Origin: Nitrospirota bacterium
GTDB lineage: Bacteria > Nitrospirota > UBA9217
Direction of reading: 5' to 3'
Length of the DNA: 33,269 nt
Assembly (NCBI GenBank): GCA_029858565.1
Contig: JAOUEV010000041.1
Coordinates: 1 to 33,269 of the forward strand
Made by a program: the position numbers and the translations under genes. Under the pieces are notes generated by a model. It worked only from the letters and a program-made list of their open reading frames with translations, was not told the origin of the DNA and made no database searches. Shown here one piece after another: positions 25,623 through 33,269 of the stretch (positions are counted from its first letter, which is position 1; every line of letters starts with the position of its first letter).

Positions 25623-25901
25623 TTAACTTCTCGGGGGACGGTATTGCGTTTTACTGAAGAGATTATCGGAAAGAATCGTGTCCTGCAGATCGATCGGACC
25701 CGCAACCGGAGTTATGACAAGCGTGCCGATGGGCTCGGTGAGCGACGGCATGCTGTTCGAGGGCTGGAGCTGGTTCCCCTGGTGACAGACGTCAAGTTGG
25801 ACGAGCGCGCACTCGCTCTGACCGCAGGCCAGGACAATGACGCCCGTGGGAAGCACAACCGCGACAATCACGGCGAGAAGAATGATGCTCGTCACACGCA
25901 T
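25623..25901 (-). CDS. Small exported Cys/His protein ending in RPPRS; candidate DUF2946/CruR/CutF-like upstream regulatory ORF
   Basis: N-terminal hydrophobic helix, C-x4-C-x7-CH, Pro-rich linker and C-terminal YRPPRS*. It is the first gene upstream of the TonB-dependent receptor. Confidence 0.7.
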   Translation of the reverse strand: MRVTSIILLAVIVAVVLPTGVIVLACGQSECALVQLDVCHQGNQLQPSNSMPSLTEPIGTLVITPVAGPIDLQDTILSDNLFSKTQYRPPRS

Positions 25902-25903
25902 CA

Positions 25904-25936
25904 GTATTAATACAGCGTTTGCTTTCTTCCTGTCAA
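25904..25936 (-). promoter_or_regulatory. Possible sigma70 promoter giving a near-leaderless transcript of the upstream ORF
   Basis: Minus strand TTGACA, 18 bp, TATTAAT, a few nt before the ATG. No Shine-Dalgarno sequence. The palindrome GTATTAATAC (25904-25913) overlaps the -10 region. Confidence 0.4.
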
Positions 25937-25986
25937 CCTCAAATTCAAATTAGCGATAGCAGCTGATAGCTGCGCGGAAATGCTCA

Positions 25987-27768
<1,782 letters not shown>

Positions 27769-27797
27769 CCCTCTGCTGCAGAGTCAAAACAGGTTGG

Positions 27798-27827
27798 ATA
27801 ATATCACTGCACTAGCTGGTAAGTCAA
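27798..27827 (-). promoter_or_regulatory. Sigma70-type promoter of aspS
   Basis: Minus strand TTGACT, 18 bp, TATTAT, with a TG extension. Confidence 0.5.
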
Positions 27828-27978
27828 GGGTAAACGTCCCCGATTTCAAGGCCTTAAGCGCTTTTCGCGGGCACGGAGAATGACCTGTCCCGCCTTCCCT
27901 GCCCGGTCAGCATGTTGCGCCCCTTTTTCGGGAACCTCGCGCGGTCATCCCCGGAGCGCGCTGCAAAAGAAAATTTCC

Positions 27979-28006
27979 TTGACATTTCCACCTGGTTGGT
28001 TAAAAT
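27979..28006 (+). promoter_or_regulatory. Sigma70-type promoter of the small Cys-motif gene
   Basis: TTGACA, 16 bp, TAAAAT. Confidence 0.55.
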
Positions 28007-28068
28007 GCATTCCCCTGTGATTCCAGGGGATATCATCACTATAGACAGGATGTTGGAGGAACCGGACC

Positions 28069-28242
28069 ATGGCGGAATTAAGTAAGACAGCAAAAGCGGC
28101 CAGCAAAAAGGCCCTTGTGAACACCAACCCCCAGTGCTGCGGCAAGCCGATGCAGGCTGCGAAGATGATGACCTCGAGCGGCAAGGTGCGCGGCATGATG
28201 TGGCTTTGCGACAAGTGCTGGAAGGAAAGCAAGATCGAGTAG
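28069..28242 (+). CDS. 57-aa basic protein with CCGKPM and CDKC motifs (putative Zn/Fe ribbon); not in the ORF track
   Basis: Hand translation: MAELSKTAKAASKKALVNTNPQCCGKPMQAAKMMTSSGKVRGMMWLCDKCWKESKIE*. GGAGG RBS, upstream promoter and downstream terminator. Confidence 0.8.
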   Translation: MAELSKTAKAASKKALVNTNPQCCGKPMQAAKMMTSSGKVRGMMWLCDKCWKESKIE

Positions 28243-28268
28243 ACGTTCAGGTACAACGGACATCTCAC

Positions 28269-28304
28269 GGGCGATGGATCTGACGGATCCATCGCCCTTT
28301 TTTT
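28269..28304 (+). terminator. Rho-independent terminator
   Basis: GGGCGATGGATC-TGACG-GATCCATCGCCC followed by T7. Confidence 0.9.
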
Positions 28305-28341
28305 GCCCTGCTTCGCCGACAGGCGCGCGACGAATTTTTAA

Positions 28342-28370
28342 TTGCAAACAATTGAACTTTATGATAGGTT
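28342..28370 (+). promoter_or_regulatory. Possible sigma70 promoter of the DUF47-pit operon
   Basis: TTGCAA, 17 bp, TAGGTT, with a TG extension. Confidence 0.4.
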
Positions 28371-28440
28371 ACTGACTGTTGCATCATCGCGATACCGCGG
28401 TCCCGCGCAGCACATCCACTCGGCAAGGAGACAGTATCCC

Positions 28441-29058
28441 ATGGTTCTTTTCCCCAAAAAGATCGATTTCTTCGAGCTCATTGACCGGGCGATCGACAAC
28501 CTCGCCAAGGCCACGGACCACCTGGTCGATATGTTCAAGAACCCCGCTGACTTCGAAAACAAGGCCAAGATCATGTACGAGTTCGAACAGGAAGGCGACA
28601 TCCTGACCCACGATATCATGAAGGAGCTGAACAAGACCTTCCTGACGCCCATTGACCGCGAGGACATCCACGCGCTGGCATCGCGCATTGATGACGTGCT
28701 CGACCTTATGTGGGGCGCCGTGGACCGCATGATCGTTTACAAGATCACCAAGCCCTCGTCCGAGGCCATTTCCATCGCCGAGGACCTGCAGATGACCGGC
28801 TCGATCCTGCGCAAAGTGATCCGCGAGCTCCGGGCCAAGAACTATTCCCATGTGCAGGAGCACTGCATCGAGATCAACCGCCTGGAGAACCGCATCGACC
28901 GGCTCTACCGCGACGCTCTGGGCAAGCTCCTGAACGAGCCCAACGACCCGATCCACGTTATCAAATGGAAGGACATCTACCAGCTTCTCGAGGACGCGTC
29001 GGACCGGGCGGAGGACATCGCCAATATCCTGGAAGGGATCGTCCTGAAGCATGCTTGA
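28441..29058 (+). CDS. DUF47 / PhoU-like Pit accessory protein
   Basis: AAGGAG RBS, EQEGDILTH, TFLTPIDREDI, LENRID and LEDASD. Overlaps the pit start. Confidence 0.93.
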   Translation: MVLFPKKIDFFELIDRAIDNLAKATDHLVDMFKNPADFENKAKIMYEFEQEGDILTHDIMKELNKTFLTPIDREDIHALASRIDDVLDLMWGAVDRMIVYKITKPSSEAISIAEDLQMTGSILRKVIRELRAKNYSHVQEHCIEINRLENRIDRLYRDALGKLLNEPNDPIHVIKWKDIYQLLEDASDRAEDIANILEGIVLKHA

Positions 29059-30028
29059 TGTCCTGATCATCATCATCGTTCTGGCGATCCTGTTCGACAT
29101 CAGCAACGGCTGGAACGACTCAGCCAATGCCATCGCCACTGTCGTTTCCACAAAAGTGCTCACTCCACTGGCCGCAGTGACGCTTGCTGCGTTCATGAAC
29201 ATCGCCGGTGCGTTCCTGACGACCGCGGTCGCCAAAACCATCGGTAAAGGCATTGTCGATCCCGCTGCGGTGACCGATATCGTCATCGTGGCGGCCCTCG
29301 CCAGCGCCTTCCTCTGGAATACCATCATGACCCTTCTGGGGATGCCGGTCAGCGCATCTCATGCCCTTGTAGGCGGGCTCATCGGCGCATCGGTCGCTCA
29401 CGGCGGATGGGGCATCCTGAACGCCGACGGCATTATAAAAATTCTTACATCGCTTATCGTTTCTCCCTTTTTCGGAGTAATAGCGGGCTATGTTTTTATG
29501 AAGTTGATTTTGTCCTTCTTCGGCGGCCTCGCTCCAGGCACCCTGAACAAGCATTTCGGCAAACTCCAAATCGTTTCGTCCGCAATGATGGCTTTCGGCC
29601 ACGGGTCCAACGACGCGCAGAAGGTCATGGGCATCATTACCATGGCGCTTCTCAGCGGCGGCAAGATATCCACGCTCGAGGTTCCGACCTGGGTTATTTT
29701 TACGGCGGCACTTGCCATGGGGTTCGGCACCTTCTTCGGAGGATGGAAGGTCATCAAGACCATCGGCGTTAAGATGCTGAAGCTCGAACCTATTCACGGC
29801 TTTGCCGCCGAGACGGCGTCCACACTCATCATCGTCGGCGCCAGCCAATTCGGCCTTCCGGTCAGCACTACCCACGTCATTTCCACCGCGATCCTGGGCG
29901 TTGGCGCCACCAAGCGGCTCTCGGCGGTCCGCTGGGGCATCGCGGGCAAGATCGTCATGGCCTGGGTGCTCACCCTGCCCCTCTGCATCGCCATGGCCTG
30001 GGGCATTGAGATCCTTCTGAGCAGGTAG
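29051..30028 (+). CDS. pit: Inorganic phosphate transporter, PiT family
   Basis: NGWNDSANAIAT, GMPVSASH, HGSNDAQK, GGWKVIKTIG and PVSTTH. Confidence 0.96.
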   Translation: MLDVLIIIIVLAILFDISNGWNDSANAIATVVSTKVLTPLAAVTLAAFMNIAGAFLTTAVAKTIGKGIVDPAAVTDIVIVAALASAFLWNTIMTLLGMPVSASHALVGGLIGASVAHGGWGILNADGIIKILTSLIVSPFFGVIAGYVFMKLILSFFGGLAPGTLNKHFGKLQIVSSAMMAFGHGSNDAQKVMGIITMALLSGGKISTLEVPTWVIFTAALAMGFGTFFGGWKVIKTIGVKMLKLEPIHGFAAETASTLIIVGASQFGLPVSTTHVISTAILGVGATKRLSAVRWGIAGKIVMAWVLTLPLCIAMAWGIEILLSR

Positions 30029-30084
30029 CGCCTCTCGCTCGTCCTCCGATTACCTCGCCCCCTGTCACAGGAATTCCTTAAAAG

Positions 30085-30148
30085 CTCACGAAGAAGAGAA
30101 GTGCCCGCTTTTTTTCGGGGCTCCTTCGTGACTTCGTGCGAGATGCCG
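30085..30148. repeat. Degenerate CACGAAG/CTTCGTG variant of the palindromic element
   Basis: CTCACGAAG...CTTCGTGACTTCGTGCGAGATGCCG. The right end GCGAGATGCCG is identical to 6995-7005. Confidence 0.5.
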
Positions 30149-30186
30149 GTCTTCTGTATTGTATCGTTCTTTGGCGGAGGGGCGGT

Positions 30187-30780
30187 TCAGCGGTATGCGG
30201 ACTTGTCGCCGATGTCGTAGGCAAGGGGCATGAAGGCTTTTCGCAGGGTAAAGAGGACGAGCAGAAGCGCGATCACGGCCAGACCGGAGACGGCTGACCG
30301 GCCTGCGACGCTGCCGGTTGCGAGCAGCAGCAGGTAAAAGGGCATGACCATGGCGAGCACGTAACCCTCCAGGAGCTTGAAGCAGAACGCCTCTTTCGCG
30401 GTCACGAAGCCCAGGCATCCGGACAGCGGCAGCAGGAGCAGTGCGCTGACAGGCGTCTGGACGAGCGCCAGGGACAGGGATCCCTTGCCAAGATAGACAA
30501 GCGCCGCGAGACAGGCGAGGCTGATGTAGTAGAGGTTCTTCAGATATTTCTTGAACGTGCTCAGGTAGAGATGGATGAAGAACACGCTCATGCCCACCGA
30601 TACCTGGAGACCATACCCCAGGACCTCCGGCAGCGGACTGCCGGCGTTCAATGATCCAATCAGGAACAGGATCGCAAGCACTGCTGTTATGATGGTGGAC
30701 AGCACGATCCCTATGCGATAGAGCACGACTGTTACTTTATCTTCCTTTGTAAGAGGCTGGAAAACCTGCCGTTCACCCAT
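30187..30780 (-). CDS. DUF2301-like integral membrane protein
   Basis: Six hydrophobic helices, VVLYRIG, FIHLY, AKEAFCF and YDIGDKS. GGAG RBS. Confidence 0.8.
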   Translation of the reverse strand: MGERQVFQPLTKEDKVTVVLYRIGIVLSTIITAVLAILFLIGSLNAGSPLPEVLGYGLQVSVGMSVFFIHLYLSTFKKYLKNLYYISLACLAALVYLGKGSLSLALVQTPVSALLLLPLSGCLGFVTAKEAFCFKLLEGYVLAMVMPFYLLLLATGSVAGRSAVSGLAVIALLLVLFTLRKAFMPLAYDIGDKSAYR

Positions 30781-30838
30781 TGGTATCTCCTTGTTCAGCC
30801 CTGCGATCTGATCAGATCATCCGCTGATCGGTCGTTTT

Positions 30839-31024
30839 CTACTTATCCTGGCCGGATTTCTTCCAGAATGCCAGATCGTTCAACATCCTCCCGAGCAGTT
30901 GCTTGGGCGTCATTTGCGCGGTTTCCTTGCACCTGCAGGCATCATCGTGCCCGCTGTGCGGCCTTACGGGATCCTTTTTCCCGCTGTTCCCGGGATCAGG
31001 CTTTTGTTTATCCGGCGAGGTCAT
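30839..31024 (-). CDS. Small hypothetical protein
   Basis: 61 aa, AAGGGG RBS, CRCKE motif and an amphipathic C-terminal helix. Co-oriented with the DUF2301-like gene. Confidence 0.5.
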   Translation of the reverse strand: MTSPDKQKPDPGNSGKKDPVRPHSGHDDACRCKETAQMTPKQLLGRMLNDLAFWKKSGQDK

Positions 31025-31171
31025 GGAATGTCCCCTTTGATGGTATTGTAACTCTCCGGTCAGAATATGCCAATGACTGTTCCTGCTATCGTCTTGACAT
31101 GCTCAGGACCGGCATTTATGATGTCCTGCGTGAATATCCCTCCTTGACCGCAGGGAACACAAGCAGCCTCC

Positions 31172-33094
31172 ATGGAAAGAACCCTTTTACAGAACATCCA
31201 CACAAGGATATCCCGGTTCATGACCGACCCGGGCGACCTCTACATCGTGGTCTCCATTGACCTGCAGCGGCTCTTTGTCTGCAGGGACGACAACGTCGTG
31301 GACCGTTACGACGCCTCGACCTCACGCTTCGGCAACGGCAGCCGGGAGAACTCGCTCAAGACCCCGCCCGGCATCCACCGGATCAGGGAGAAATACGGGG
31401 ACGGTGCTCCTGCTGGACGCGTTTTCCGGGACCGCGAGGACACGGGCGAGGACTGGGACCACAGCCAGGCAGGCGACAACCTGATCCTGACCCGTATCCT
31501 GCGGCTCGAAGGCCTGGAACAAGGGATCAACCGCGGCGAAGGCATCGATTCCTACGAACGGTACATCTACATCCACGGCACCGGCCGCGAGGACCTGATC
31601 GGCACCCCGCTCTCCCACGGCTGCGTGTGCATGCGCAATCTTGATGTGATCAGCCTGTTCGATACGGTCGGCGAAGGCACGGTGGTGTATATCGATCCGC
31701 CGGCGCTGGTCGTGAACGAGCGGCCCTGCAAGAACATCCATTTCACCGGCATTTTCGGCAGCGGCATGAGCGCCCTTGCCCAATATCTGCGCTTCCAGGG
31801 CATCACGGTCTCCGGTTCCGACCGTTTTCACATGAGCGACGATACCGCCGTCATCCGCCGATCCCTTGAAGGGCTCGGCTGCGCCATCGTTCCCCAGGAC
31901 GGGTCAGGCATTTCCGCGGAAACCGATGTTGTCTGCGTCTCGACCGCGATCGAGGATACCAATCCTGACATCGCCGCAAGCAGAGAACACAACATCCCGG
32001 TGATCCACCGTTCGGACCTGCTGAACGCCATCATGTCCACAAAAAGGACGATCGCCGTGGCAGGCACCAGCGGAAAATCCACGGTCACGGCCATGATCTT
32101 TGAATTCCTGTCTGCTTGTGACAGATCGCCTTCCCTGATCAGCGGCGCGGGCCTGCGGCGACTGGAAAAACAGGGAATGATCGGCAATGCCTGGAACGGC
32201 GGTTCTGATCTCCTGGTGGTCGAAGCGGACGAGAGCGACGGCACCCTGGTCAAGTACCGGCCCGAGGCAGCGGTAATCCTGAACGTTTCCAAGGACCACA
32301 AGAGCGTTGAAGAGATCACCAGGATGTTCAATATCCTCGCGACAGGATCCTCCTGGACCCTTTCCAATGCCGATGATCCGGTGCTTGCTTCCCTTCCCGC
32401 GACCGAGCGTTTCGGCAGGAACGGTACTGCCACGTGGCGGCCGGACCGGGAGGAGCTTTTTCCGACCGCTGTCAAACTTATCCGCAATGGCTTGGAATAC
32501 CATCTGCCGCTCCCGGGCGAGCATAATCTTGAGAATCTTGCTGCAGCGCTCTGTGTATGCGAGCACTTCGGATGCGTAGGGTCGGCGCTGACCGACGCAG
32601 TGCGCAATTACGAAGGTGTTGCCCGGCGCTTTGCCGTGACCAGGACCGTCCAAGACATCACCGTTGTCGATGACTTTGCCCATAACCCCGCAAAGATCGC
32701 GGCTGTTGTACGGGCCAGCCGCGGAATTTCCAGCCGCATCATTGCTGTGTACCAGCCCCATGGCTTCGGCCCGACCCGGTTCCTGAAGCACGAGTATATC
32801 GCGACCTTTCGCACCTCTTTTCATGACAGCGATTCGCTCTATCTCCTGCCGATCTATTATGCCGGCGGCACAGCGCAGAAGAACATCTCCTCAGAGGATA
32901 TCATTACGGGGCTCGGCGCTGTTTCGTTCAAGGCCCGGGCGGTCCAGGACCGCGATGCGCTTCTCAACGCGCTTAAGACGGACGCAAGACCGGGCGACTG
33001 CATCCTGCTCATGGGAGCCCGGGACCCATCTCTGCCCGGCCTGGTTCGGAAGATCATTGATCTTTGCGGCGGGAAAAAAGCCGGGTCTGCCTGA
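31172..33094 (+). CDS. YkuD (L,D-transpeptidase-like) domain fused to a MurC/Mpl-like UDP-MurNAc ligase
   Basis: N-terminal VSIDLQRL, KTPPG and YIYIHGT...LSHGCVCM. C-terminal IHFTGIFGSGMSALA, AVAGTSGKSTVT, VEADESDG, PGEHNLEN, DDFAHNP and YQPHG. Confidence 0.92.
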   Translation: MERTLLQNIHTRISRFMTDPGDLYIVVSIDLQRLFVCRDDNVVDRYDASTSRFGNGSRENSLKTPPGIHRIREKYGDGAPAGRVFRDREDTGEDWDHSQAGDNLILTRILRLEGLEQGINRGEGIDSYERYIYIHGTGREDLIGTPLSHGCVCMRNLDVISLFDTVGEGTVVYIDPPALVVNERPCKNIHFTGIFGSGMSALAQYLRFQGITVSGSDRFHMSDDTAVIRRSLEGLGCAIVPQDGSGISAETDVVCVSTAIEDTNPDIAASREHNIPVIHRSDLLNAIMSTKRTIAVAGTSGKSTVTAMIFEFLSACDRSPSLISGAGLRRLEKQGMIGNAWNGGSDLLVVEADESDGTLVKYRPEAAVILNVSKDHKSVEEITRMFNILATGSSWTLSNADDPVLASLPATERFGRNGTATWRPDREELFPTAVKLIRNGLEYHLPLPGEHNLENLAAALCVCEHFGCVGSALTDAVRNYEGVARRFAVTRTVQDITVVDDFAHNPAKIAAVVRASRGISSRIIAVYQPHGFGPTRFLKHEYIATFRTSFHDSDSLYLLPIYYAGGTAQKNISSEDIITGLGAVSFKARAVQDRDALLNALKTDARPGDCILLMGARDPSLPGLVRKIIDLCGGKKAGSA

Positions 33095-33269
33095 GATCCC
33101 TCTCTCCCCCTGGAAAAGCGTTCCCCTTGCTCCCTGCCCTGCTTTTTTTTACCGTCATACGGCATATTCCGGTCCGTCTATTGCCACAACCTGTTCTTCT
33201 ACAGCAACTTCCTGTCAGGATTCTGATCATTACTGCTCTTGTGCTTGATCTGCCGTCATAGCCTAAACA

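Noticed and set aside
33095-33269. Riboswitch fragment or gene end at the right edge
   Set aside because: CTATGACGGC on the minus strand only faintly resembles the 3' part of a c-di-GMP-I motif, and the window ends before it can be judged.

Overview
Bacterial chromosomal window, mostly GC-rich. The gene content (Fe-S activators, hemerythrin, Fe-ADH, TonB system) suggests an anaerobic diderm, possibly Nitrospirota or Desulfobacterota (inference only). In order: the tail of a receiver-domain protein; an AT-richer run of four integron-like cassettes with one intact and several damaged attC sites, no integrase in the window, ending in a broken BrnT/BrnA toxin-antitoxin pair; an SfsA-GIY-YIG fusion; a head-to-head GGATTA/TAATCC repeat array; a SAM methyltransferase; an Fe-alcohol dehydrogenase flanked by palindromic elements; a 2622-aa protein that appears to fuse FixC, FixX, two acyl-CoA dehydrogenases, EtfB and EtfA; hemerythrin behind a structured leader; an unknown lipoprotein; a minus-strand operon (Cys/RPP-ending upstream ORF, TonB-dependent receptor, His-rich DUF4198-like protein, polyferredoxin membrane protein, double-cubane-type reductase with its ATP-dependent activator, DsbD_2-like protein, ExbB, ExbD, TonB); aspS; an unlisted 57-aa Cys-motif protein; DUF47 and Pit; a DUF2301-like protein; and a YkuD-Mur ligase fusion. 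The best candidates for undescribed systems are the TonB plus double-cubane reductase operon with its putative arrest-peptide regulator, and the single-chain acyl-CoA-to-quinone electron-transfer protein. All family calls come from motif recognition by eye; no searches were run.
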